Shown: piece after piece, positions 18,606 to 26,653 of the stretch
Layout: each line of letters starts with the position of its first letter
Position numbering within the stretch: position 1 is the first letter of the stretch
Assembly: GCA_038209745.1 (NCBI GenBank)
Contig: JBBQXJ010000048.1
Location: 1-35,687 of the forward strand
DNA: 35,687 nucleotides
DNA from: Verrucomicrobiota bacterium
Lineage (GTDB): Bacteria > Verrucomicrobiota > Verrucomicrobiia > Limisphaerales > CANJSG01
Direction of reading: 5' to 3'
Program-made: the position numbers and the translations under genes
Notes under the pieces: model-generated
What the model was told of the DNA's origin: nothing
Database searches by the model: none
Seen by the model: only the letters and a program-made list of their open reading frames with translations

Positions 18606-19502
18606 TTACTCCGATTTCTTCAGACCCCGGAGATGCAGATCGAACCAGTCGGCGAACACCACGAGATCCTTTTCGATCCCGGCCCAGCCGTGGTCGCCAC
18701 CCGGCTTGACGATGAGTTTGAAGGTGACGCCCACCTCGTCGCACCGCTTCTTGAAAACCTCCGACTGGTAGATCGGCACCAGCTTGTCCGCGTCGCCGTG
18801 CATGATGAGCGTCGGCGGCATGTTCGAGGCGACGAAATAGAGCGGCGAGATTTTGCGCCCGAAAGTCTTGCGGCCTTCGGCCGAATCGCTGCGCGGACCA
18901 AACGCGGCCTTGAAGTTGGCGAGCGTTCCCACCCCGACCGCGTCGTCGCCGGCCGAACCCCAGTTGGAGAAGTCCGTCGGGGGAAAGAAGCAGGCCACGC
19001 ACTGCACGGCGCTGCTGGCCCGGTCGACCGGGTCTTTGGCGTCGGCTGCGCCGGGCCCGCCCTGGGTGCCGATGGTCAGCGAGAGATGTCCACCGGCGCT
19101 GGCCCCGGTGATGCCGAACTTATCAGGATCCACGCCCCACCGCGCGGCGTTCGTGCGGATGAAGCGAACGGCCCGATGAATGTCCTGCGTGATCTCGGGA
19201 ATGATGAACCGGGGCTGCGAACCGTGGACCACGGCGAAGACCGTGTAGCCGCGATCAAGGAAGGCTTTGTAGAAACCGGGATTGATCGCTTCGTGGCTGG
19301 AAAAGAACCCACCGCTGACCATGAAGAGAATGGCCGCGCCGTTCTTCTTTTCCGGCTCGAAGACATCGAGCGTCAGCGCAGTGCCGAACTTCCGGCCGTA
19401 GACCACGTCCTCGGTGCGGGTGATTTTTTGCGGGTCGGCGGCCGGAGCGGAAGAAGCGCAGAGAGCCAACAGCAGGGAGATGAGAGGGAGAAGTCGTTTC
19501 AT
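18606..19502 (-). CDS. Secreted alpha/beta hydrolase (esterase/lipase)
   Basis: Signal peptide, SGGF oxyanion loop, GASAGG nucleophile elbow, HGDADKLVP and GGDHGW. Confidence 0.92.
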   Translation of the reverse strand: MKRLLPLISLLLALCASSAPAADPQKITRTEDVVYGRKFGTALTLDVFEPEKKNGAAILFMVSGGFFSSHEAINPGFYKAFLDRGYTVFAVVHGSQPRFIIPEITQDIHRAVRFIRTNAARWGVDPDKFGITGASAGGHLSLTIGTQGGPGAADAKDPVDRASSAVQCVACFFPPTDFSNWGSAGDDAVGVGTLANFKAAFGPRSDSAEGRKTFGRKISPLYFVASNMPPTLIMHGDADKLVPIYQSEVFKKRCDEVGVTFKLIVKPGGDHGWAGIEKDLVVFADWFDLHLRGLKKSE

Positions 19503-19591
19503 GGGATCGGGTGGAGTGGGGACACTAGAGAAACATGAACCAACGGGACAAGAACGCTCGACGGCTATCCGAACGTCTCCTGAAGTGCGGA

Positions 19592-20797
19592 TCAAACAGG
19601 TCGATTGGGCCGCAGGATTTCGGACTCGCCCTCCACGGCGTCGATCTCGATGCGGCTTGGACCCGTAGGCTTGGGCGAGTGGCTGCCGGCGACGGGTGGC
19701 GGCGGAACACCGGCCGGTCGAAGGGGCGGCGTGGAATGGGCGGCCGGGGTGGGCGGAAATTCGGTGCGGGCGAGTTCTTCGGCGGGAGGTGGCGGAAGGT
19801 CGGACGGCTTGCACCATTGGGTCCGGCGCTCCAGCCAGGATTGATAGCGGGCGAAGGTCCACATGCCGGCTTCGGCGCCGGTCTCCATGACCGACACGAG
19901 CTTGAAGAAATCACGGTTCCGGATCATGGCGCGCGAGGCGACCGTGGCAGTGAGCACCTCGCATTCGGGCACGCGGAGCCCGAGGTCCGGCCGGAACTTG
20001 AGCCGCTGGGCAACGACGGCGACGAGACTGTCGGCGAGCTGTCCGGCGACCGCTCCCTGGATCTCGGAGGGAAAGGCTCCGACGATGCGGGCCAACGCCT
20101 CGGCGGCGTTGCCGGAGTGCATGGTCACGAGCACGAGATGGCCGGTCTCGGCGGCGTTCAGGGTCAGGCGCATCGTTTCGGGATCGCGCATTTCGCCGAC
20201 CATGAGCACGTCCGGATCCTCGCGGAGCGCGTCGAGGAGAGCCTGCTCGAAGCTGGGCGTGTCGCGTCCGACCTCGCGCTGGCGGATGAACGAGCGGCGG
20301 GGCGTGAAGACGTATTCGATCGGGCTTTCGATGGTCAGAATGTGGCGGGCCGCGCCGAGGTTGATCTCCTGGATGACGGCCGCGAGCGTGGAGGACTTCC
20401 CGCTGCCGGTCGCGCCGGTGACGATGACCAGTCCGTGGGAATGGCTGCCGAGATTCTTCAGATCGGGATGAAGATTGAGCGACTCGATCGTGGCCTGGAA
20501 ACCGGCCAACAGGCGGATGGCGAAACCGACGCCGCGCCCGGTCTGGAGGATGTTGATCCGGCAGCGCACACCGCCGATCACTTTGGAGAGATCATGGGAA
20601 CGGCGGACGAGAAACTGTTGCCAGCCCTCCTCGCCGGCGACTTCGCGGGCGAACTGCATCAGCAACCGGCCGGGCAACGGCTCGCCGGAGACGCGGAGAT
20701 CGCCCCGGACGCGGCCCGCGGCGGGCAGGCCAGGTTCGAGATGGAGATCGCTCGCCCCGATCTCGCGGGCGGCGTTGATCAACGTTTCCAGCGTCAT
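19592..20797 (-). CDS. PilT/PilU family type IV pilus ATPase
   Basis: ASDLHL, Walker A GATGSGKS, ALREDPDVLMVGEMRD and His box TGHLVLVTMH. Pro-rich C-terminal tail. Confidence 0.93.
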   Translation of the reverse strand: MTLETLINAAREIGASDLHLEPGLPAAGRVRGDLRVSGEPLPGRLLMQFAREVAGEEGWQQFLVRRSHDLSKVIGGVRCRINILQTGRGVGFAIRLLAGFQATIESLNLHPDLKNLGSHSHGLVIVTGATGSGKSSTLAAVIQEINLGAARHILTIESPIEYVFTPRRSFIRQREVGRDTPSFEQALLDALREDPDVLMVGEMRDPETMRLTLNAAETGHLVLVTMHSGNAAEALARIVGAFPSEIQGAVAGQLADSLVAVVAQRLKFRPDLGLRVPECEVLTATVASRAMIRNRDFFKLVSVMETGAEAGMWTFARYQSWLERRTQWCKPSDLPPPPAEELARTEFPPTPAAHSTPPLRPAGVPPPPVAGSHSPKPTGPSRIEIDAVEGESEILRPNRPV

Positions 20798-20879
20798 GGC
20801 GGATTCCTCAAGATGAACACCAATGGGTCAGAACGGTTGCGGTGGGAATGGCACCAGGCTCCAAGCCAGCGGGTCGGAC

Positions 20880-23861
20880 TCAGTGCGCTTCCAGCCAGTT
20901 GCTCCCGGTGCCGATCTCGACGTCGATGGGCACGGGCAGGTCGAGGGCGGTCTTCATCTTGTCGGCGACCAGGGCGCGGATCTCGGCTTCTTCCGGCGCA
21001 TAGAGATCGAAGACAAGTTCGTCGTGGACCTGGAGGAGGAGCTTGGTCTTGAGGTCGCGCTTCTCCAGTTCGGCGTGGATGCGCGCCATGGCGATCTTGA
21101 TCATGTCGGCGGCGGTTCCCTGGATGGGGGTGTTGATGGCGTTGCGTTCGGCGGCTCCGCGGATGGTGGCGTTGCCGGAGTTGATGTCGCGCAGGAGACG
21201 GCGGCGGCCCATGACGGTCTGGACGTAGCCGTGGGCGCGGGCGAACTCGATGGTCTCCTGCATATAGCGCTGGATGCCGGGATAGCTGCGGAAATAGTGC
21301 TCGATGATCTCGGCGGCTTCCTTGCGCGGAAGGCCGAGGCGTTGAGAAAGGCCGAAGGCGGAGATGCCGTAGGCGATGCCGAAGTTCACCATCTTGGCCT
21401 TGCGCCGCATCTCGGAACTGACGAGCCCGGGCATCACGCCGAAGACGCGCGCGGCGGTGGCGGTGTGGATGTCCTGGCCGTTCTTGAACGCCTCGATCAT
21501 CGCTTCCTCGCGGCTGAGCGCGGCGATGATGCGGAGCTCGATCTGGGAATAATCGGCGGAGAGGATGCGCCAATCAGTGTCCGTAAGCCGGACATCCCTG
21601 CCCGGCGAGTTGGAGCTGTCGGGCGTGGCATCCGGGGGAGACTTACCGGGCAGGGACACTCGGCCTACGAAGGCGCGGCGGATCTCCTGACCAAGGTCGG
21701 TGCGGATCGGGATGTTCTGGAGGTTGGGATCGTTCGAGCTGAGCCGGCCGGTCGCGGTGGCGCACTGGAGGTAGTTCGTGTGGACGCGGCCGGTCTTTGC
21801 GTGGATGGCCTGTGGCAGGGCGTCGGCGTAGGTGCTCTTGAGCTTGGACACGCCACGGAAGTCGAGGATGCGCTTCACGATCTCGTGGGTGCCGACCAGC
21901 GAGGCGAGCGTCTGTTCATCGGTGGCGAACTGGCCGGTGGCGGTCTTCTTGGGTTTCTCGACGAGCTTCAGTTCATTGAAGAGGATTTCGCCGAGCTGCT
22001 TGTTCGAGTTCACGTTGAACTCTCTTCCCGCCAATCGCTGGATGTCGGACTCGGCGGAGGCCATCTCCTCGCCGAGCTGGATGCTGAAGTCGGCCAGCAC
22101 GGCGGCATCGACCCGGATGCCTTCGCCCTCCATCGCGACGAGCGTCGGCAACACCGGCATCTCCACCTCGTGGAAGACCTTCTCCTGGCCCGTCTCCTGA
22201 AGCAGCGGCAGGAGTTTCTCGCGGAGCTGCCAGGTGATGTCCGCGTCTTCGGCGGCGTAGCGGGCAACGTCCGCGACCGGCACGTCGGCCATGCTGCGCT
22301 GGTCCGGGCCCTTGGGGCCGATGAGCGCCGTGATGCTGATGGGCGAATAGCCGAGCAGGCGTTCGGAAAGGTAGTCCATGCCGTGGCGCTGGTCGGACTC
22401 GATCAACGCGTGGGCGATCATCGTGTCGAAAAACGGTCCGGCGACGGCAACGCTCTGGGCGGCGAGGATCGCAAGGTCGAACTTGAGATTGTGACCTATC
22501 TTGAGGGCTGGGGATAAGAAGAGATCCGATACCGGATGCCGGATGCCGGATGCCGGATGGGTCCACGGCAGGTAGTAACCCGTGCCGGTTTCGGCGCTGA
22601 AGGCGATGCCGAGCAAGCGGGCGATCTTGGGATCCAGGCCGTCGGTTTCGGTGTCGAAGCAGAACGCGTCCGACGCCGACAGCGCGGCCAGCATCGAGGC
22701 GAGCGTCTCGGGCGAGTCGACGAGTTCGTAGCGGGGATTGGTGTCGGCGATGGTGCGGAGGGCAGGTGCGGGAATGGATGCTGCATCCCTGATGCCCGCC
22801 GCCGGATTCTCCGCTGCGGACGCGGCGGGATCAGCGGTCGGCGCTCCGGCATCGAACATCAGGGATCCGGCACCGGGCTTCCCGAACAGGTCCAGCTCAT
22901 CCGGGGCGCTTTCCGCCTTCTTGCCCTTCCGCTTCGGAACCTCCGCAGCTTCGGGGCCGGCTCCACTGCGGCCGGCTTTGAAGGCGTCTCCCAAAAGGCG
23001 ACGGCCGATGGCGTTCATCTCGAACTCGACGCAAAGCGCCTTCACCGCGTCGGCATTGACCGAATGCAGCTTCAGCTGGTCGAGATCCACTTCGACGGGC
23101 GCATCGGTGATGATCGTGGCCAGCCGTTTGCTGAGGCGCGCGTCTTCCGCGTGGGTCCGGACCAGTTCGCCGAGCTTGCCCTTGATCTCGCCGGAGCGGG
23201 CGAGCACCTCCTCCAGGGAACCAAACTGGGAGATGAGCTTGGCGGCGGTCTTTTCACCGACGCCCTTGATCCCGGGAATGTTGTCCGAGGCGTCGCCCAT
23301 CAGGCCGAGGATGTCGATGACCTGGTCCACGTGTTGGATCCCCCAACGGGCGCAGATGTCCTCCATCTTCATCAGCTCGACGTCCGAGCCTTGGCGGCCG
23401 GGCTTCCAGAGGAAGGTGTGTTGGTCCACGAGCTGCCCGAAATCCTTGTCCGGCGTGACCATGTAGGTGTCGAACCCATCCTTCTCCGCGCGCCGCGCCA
23501 GCGTGCCGATGAGGTCGTCGGCCTCGTATCCGTCGATCGCGATCACGCGGATGTTCATCGCCTCGATGAAACGGCGGACGTGCGGGATGGCGGCGCCGAG
23601 CTCCTCGGGCATCTCCTCGCGCTGGGCCTTGTAGGCCGGGTATTCGACGTGGCGCGGTGTGGGCGCGTGGGTGTCGAAGGCGACGGCGAGATGCGTCGGC
23701 CGCCAGTTCTGGCGGATGTCCAACAGGGTGTTGATGAAGCCGTAGATGGCGGAGGTGTTGAAGCCGGTGGAAGTGCGGATGGGTTTGGTGGCAAAGGCGA
23801 AGTGCGCCCGGTATACGAGCGCCATGCCGTCGAGGAGGAAGAGACGTTTTTCCTGTGCCAT
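20880..23861 (-). CDS. polA: DNA polymerase I
   Basis: 5' nuclease (LLDGMAL, YKAQR, EADD, GDASDNIPG). 3'-5' exonuclease motifs DTET, HNLKFD and YAAED. Polymerase motifs A DYSQIELR, B KMVNFGIAYG and C VHDE. Confidence 0.99.
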   Translation of the reverse strand: MAQEKRLFLLDGMALVYRAHFAFATKPIRTSTGFNTSAIYGFINTLLDIRQNWRPTHLAVAFDTHAPTPRHVEYPAYKAQREEMPEELGAAIPHVRRFIEAMNIRVIAIDGYEADDLIGTLARRAEKDGFDTYMVTPDKDFGQLVDQHTFLWKPGRQGSDVELMKMEDICARWGIQHVDQVIDILGLMGDASDNIPGIKGVGEKTAAKLISQFGSLEEVLARSGEIKGKLGELVRTHAEDARLSKRLATIITDAPVEVDLDQLKLHSVNADAVKALCVEFEMNAIGRRLLGDAFKAGRSGAGPEAAEVPKRKGKKAESAPDELDLFGKPGAGSLMFDAGAPTADPAASAAENPAAGIRDAASIPAPALRTIADTNPRYELVDSPETLASMLAALSASDAFCFDTETDGLDPKIARLLGIAFSAETGTGYYLPWTHPASGIRHPVSDLFLSPALKIGHNLKFDLAILAAQSVAVAGPFFDTMIAHALIESDQRHGMDYLSERLLGYSPISITALIGPKGPDQRSMADVPVADVARYAAEDADITWQLREKLLPLLQETGQEKVFHEVEMPVLPTLVAMEGEGIRVDAAVLADFSIQLGEEMASAESDIQRLAGREFNVNSNKQLGEILFNELKLVEKPKKTATGQFATDEQTLASLVGTHEIVKRILDFRGVSKLKSTYADALPQAIHAKTGRVHTNYLQCATATGRLSSNDPNLQNIPIRTDLGQEIRRAFVGRVSLPGKSPPDATPDSSNSPGRDVRLTDTDWRILSADYSQIELRIIAALSREEAMIEAFKNGQDIHTATAARVFGVMPGLVSSEMRRKAKMVNFGIAYGISAFGLSQRLGLPRKEAAEIIEHYFRSYPGIQRYMQETIEFARAHGYVQTVMGRRRLLRDINSGNATIRGAAERNAINTPIQGTAADMIKIAMARIHAELEKRDLKTKLLLQVHDELVFDLYAPEEAEIRALVADKMKTALDLPVPIDVEIGTGSNWLEAH
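21583..21668. repeat. REP doublet (REPIN-like) inserted in frame in polA
   Basis: Arms GTAAGCCGGACATCCCTGCCCGG (21583-21605) and CCGGGCAGGGACACTCGGCCTAC (21646-21668) form an imperfect 23-bp inverted repeat (18/23). It coincides with an extra peptide just before motif A. Confidence 0.75.
22532..22559. repeat. Heptamer tandem repeat (CCGGATG)x4 within polA
   Basis: Four exact copies, read directly. They encode HPASGIRHP on the minus strand. Confidence 0.9.
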
Positions 23862-24050
23862 TTCCGGGGAACGCTAGGCCGGAGGCCGCAGCATCACAAG
23901 CGATGCCGCGAGACGCATGTCGCCGGTTTCGGATTCATCCAGAACAGCACTTTTATGAGTTTTATTCTGAAACTCCCTGCATTCTACGGGGTCGATAGCA
24001 GGAGTAGAACGAAACAGGAAAAAAGATAACGACAGGAAACAGAGCCCGAA

Positions 24051-24377
24051 ATGAACACCGACTCCACTCCCCGCAAAGTCGTCTCACAGGTCCGCCACGC
24101 CTGTGACGGCACGTTGCTCCATCAGCCGGTGCGGGCGCTGGCCACACCCCGACGAACCCGGGAACGAGCGCGCCGTGACGCCGCCGTGCGGGAGGCGCGC
24201 AGCCACAGTCGGGAGGCCTTTTTCCAGTCGATGGCCGTCGCGGTGCTGGGTGCCATCGCGATCCTTTTCGTGGCGGCCCTGGCGACTGCGACGGTGAGCG
24301 ATGCGGCCGGGGCGGTGCCCAAGCTCAACCACGGGCTCGCGGCGATCGCCCGATTCATGGGCGGCCTGGTCTCCTGA
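24051..24377 (+). CDS. Hypothetical membrane protein
   Basis: ATG after an A-rich leader, a basic N-terminus and one hydrophobic helix. It fills the gap divergent from polA. Confidence 0.6.
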   Translation: MNTDSTPRKVVSQVRHACDGTLLHQPVRALATPRRTRERARRDAAVREARSHSREAFFQSMAVAVLGAIAILFVAALATATVSDAAGAVPKLNHGLAAIARFMGGLVS

Positions 24378-24552
24378 AGCGGAGAATGGAGCGCCTTCTG
24401 GTCCGTTTCTTGGGGAACACGAAACGGAACGAGTCCAAGATCGGTTCGCCCCAGGGCAAGGTCGGTGGAGCAGGACCCCGCTGGAACTGCCATGAATATC
24501 CCGACGGATCCGCTCCAATCGGGGTGGGTTCTCCAAAAAGGCACGCCAACGT

Positions 24553-24744
24553 ATGACAAAGAATCTTGGAGCGGGTGACCGCGGACTTCGCATCAGTCTC
24601 GGAGGGATGATCCTCCTCGTCGGTTGGGCCTTGGAAAGCATGTGGGGGCTGGTGGGTTTGGTGCCGCTGCTGACCGGGGTGGTCGGGTTCTGCCCGGCCT
24701 ATTGCCCGTTGAAGATCAACACCTGCCCGAACGGCGGGAAGTGA
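24553..24744 (+). CDS. DUF2892 (YgaP-like) membrane protein
   Basis: KNLGAGDRGLRI...WGLVGLVPLLTGVVGFCPAYCPLKINTC signature. Confidence 0.92.
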   Translation: MTKNLGAGDRGLRISLGGMILLVGWALESMWGLVGLVPLLTGVVGFCPAYCPLKINTCPNGGK

Positions 24745-24802
24745 CGCAGGCCGCAACCCGCGACTTGGCAAGGAGCCGTCCTCCGGTTACGGCGTGGGGA
24801 GG

Positions 24803-25615
24803 ATGAGCGACTATGATTTCCGGTTCGGCGGCATCGCCCGGCTTTATGGCAAGCCCGGCCTCCATCGTCTGCGCGAGGCGCACGTGATGGTGGTCGGCAT
24901 CGGCGGCGTGGGATCCTGGGTCGTCGAAGCGCTCGCCCGCAGCGGCGTCGGGACGATCAGTCTCGTGGATCTCGACGAGGCCTGCGTCAGCAACGTCAAC
25001 CGCCAGCTCCACGCGCTCGACGGCACCATCGGCCGCTCGAAGTCGGAGATCATGGCGGAGCGGGCCAAGGCCATCCAACCCGACGGCCGGTTCCTCTCGG
25101 TCCAGGAATTCTTCACCGAGGACAATGCCGAGCGTCTGCTTGGTCTCAAACCTCCCTCTGACGGCGCCCCTGCGACGAAGCCCACCTTCGTCGTGGACGC
25201 GATCGACAACGTCGCCAACAAGGTTCTCCTCCTCGCCCTCTGCCGGGCGAACAGCATCCCGGTGATCACCTGCGGCGGCGCGGGGGGGCGACGTGACGCG
25301 ACCCAGGTGCGGGTGATCGACCTGGGCCGGGCGACCCATGACCGGCTCTTGTCAGAAGTGCGCAAGCGGCTGAGGAAGGACCATGAGTTTCCCCGGGGCG
25401 AAACGAAGTTCGGGATCGAGGCGGTCTTCTCGGCCGAGCCGCAGGTCTTCCCGCAGGAAGATGGCGGCGTCTGTGCGGAGCGGGCCGCCGCGCCGGAAGG
25501 AGAATCACTGCGGCTGAACTGCGACTGGGGCTTCGGCTCGGCCACCTTCGTCACCGGCACGTTCGGCTTCGCCGCCGCCGGGCAGGTGGTGCGTCGGATC
25601 GCCGACGGGTTTTGA
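24803..25615 (+). CDS. tcdA: tRNA threonylcarbamoyladenosine dehydratase (ThiF family)
   Basis: RFGGIARLYG, VGIGGVGSW, SNVNRQ, DAID, CGGAGG and GFGSATFVTGTFG motifs. Confidence 0.92.
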   Translation: MSDYDFRFGGIARLYGKPGLHRLREAHVMVVGIGGVGSWVVEALARSGVGTISLVDLDEACVSNVNRQLHALDGTIGRSKSEIMAERAKAIQPDGRFLSVQEFFTEDNAERLLGLKPPSDGAPATKPTFVVDAIDNVANKVLLLALCRANSIPVITCGGAGGRRDATQVRVIDLGRATHDRLLSEVRKRLRKDHEFPRGETKFGIEAVFSAEPQVFPQEDGGVCAERAAAPEGESLRLNCDWGFGSATFVTGTFGFAAAGQVVRRIADGF

Positions 25616-26524
25616 GGGCGAGCCGCCCTTGCCCAGCAGGGTGAGGACGATGCCGACGAGCACTCCGATCACGGCGGGAAGTTTCCGCAGACCGTTCGTT
25701 TCCTTGAACAGAAAGACGCCGCCCGCAAACGCGACGAGGCTGCTCCCGCGCCGGAGACACGAGACGATGGCGATGCGCGCCTCCGGATCGCGCAACGCAC
25801 CGAAGTAGACGAAGTCCGCCACCAGCAGCGACAGCGCGCTGCATGGAATGGTCCAGCGCCACTCGAACGTTTGGCGCGTCCACCAGCGCAGCTTCCAGCC
25901 GATCGCGATGGGAAGAAACACGAGCGACAGATCGATGGAGAACCACGCCTGCACGGTCGCCACATCGAGCCCGACTTTGCCGAAGAGGTGTTTGTCGTAG
26001 ACCGAACTGACCGAGCCGAGAAGCGTGCCGGCGGCCAACCAACCGATCCACTTGTTGCGATGGAAATGGACGCCTTCGCCCCGGCCGACGAAGGAGAGGG
26101 CCACCAGCGAGGCCATGACGACGGCGATGCCCAGCAGCTCCACCGCCGAGAGTCGTTCGCCGAGGAACAGCACCGCGCCGAAGAGCGTCCACATCGGCGC
26201 CGTCGCGCGGATGGGCGCGGCGAGGGAGACGGAGAGGTGTTTGACCGCGAAGTAGGAGCAGGTCCACGAGGCTGAGACGATCAGCGTCTTCGCCAGCACG
26301 AGCCCGTGTTCTCCGAACGTCAGCGGTCCTACGGTGAAAGCGGCCGGCATCGCGTCCGGTTTCATCGCCTGAACCGCCATCGCGATCAGCCAGACACCCG
26401 CCGCGCAGACGTTGGCGAAGAAGATCGCGGGGAAGACGGCGTTGTCGCGGACGGAGCGCTTGTTGCACAGGTCGTAGAACCCGAGGAACAGCGCGGACGT
26501 CAAACTAGCGGCGACCCAATGCAT
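25505..26524 (-). CDS. EamA/DMT family transporter
   Basis: About 10 TM helices in two repeats (FLGERLS...; FKE). Start MHWVAASL at 26524. The 3' end overlaps tcdA. Confidence 0.88.
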   Translation of the reverse strand: MHWVAASLTSALFLGFYDLCNKRSVRDNAVFPAIFFANVCAAGVWLIAMAVQAMKPDAMPAAFTVGPLTFGEHGLVLAKTLIVSASWTCSYFAVKHLSVSLAAPIRATAPMWTLFGAVLFLGERLSAVELLGIAVVMASLVALSFVGRGEGVHFHRNKWIGWLAAGTLLGSVSSVYDKHLFGKVGLDVATVQAWFSIDLSLVFLPIAIGWKLRWWTRQTFEWRWTIPCSALSLLVADFVYFGALRDPEARIAIVSCLRRGSSLVAFAGGVFLFKETNGLRKLPAVIGVLVGIVLTLLGKGGSPSKPVGDPTHHLPGGGEAERAGDEGGRAEAPVAVQPQ

Positions 26525-26653
26525 CAAAAGCCTGCGATCATCATCGGGGCGGCCGGTCGCGCAAGCCCGCTCGGGAAGCGGCCGCTCCGCCGCTCGGGCA
26601 TCCATGCTTCTTTCCACTTGGCCGGCTCCGTTTCATCGCCGAATGATCGGTCC

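Noticed and set aside
21583..21668. Intein or intron in polA
   Set aside because: The insert is only about 26 aa, has no Cys/Ser...His-Asn splice motifs and keeps the reading frame. A palindromic DNA repeat explains it better.
11831..22517. Numerous long antisense or alternate-frame ORFs (e.g. 11831-13759, 15602-17398, 17679-19538, 20823-22517)
   Set aside because: They overlap well-supported genes, lack motifs and are expected from GC-rich codon bias.
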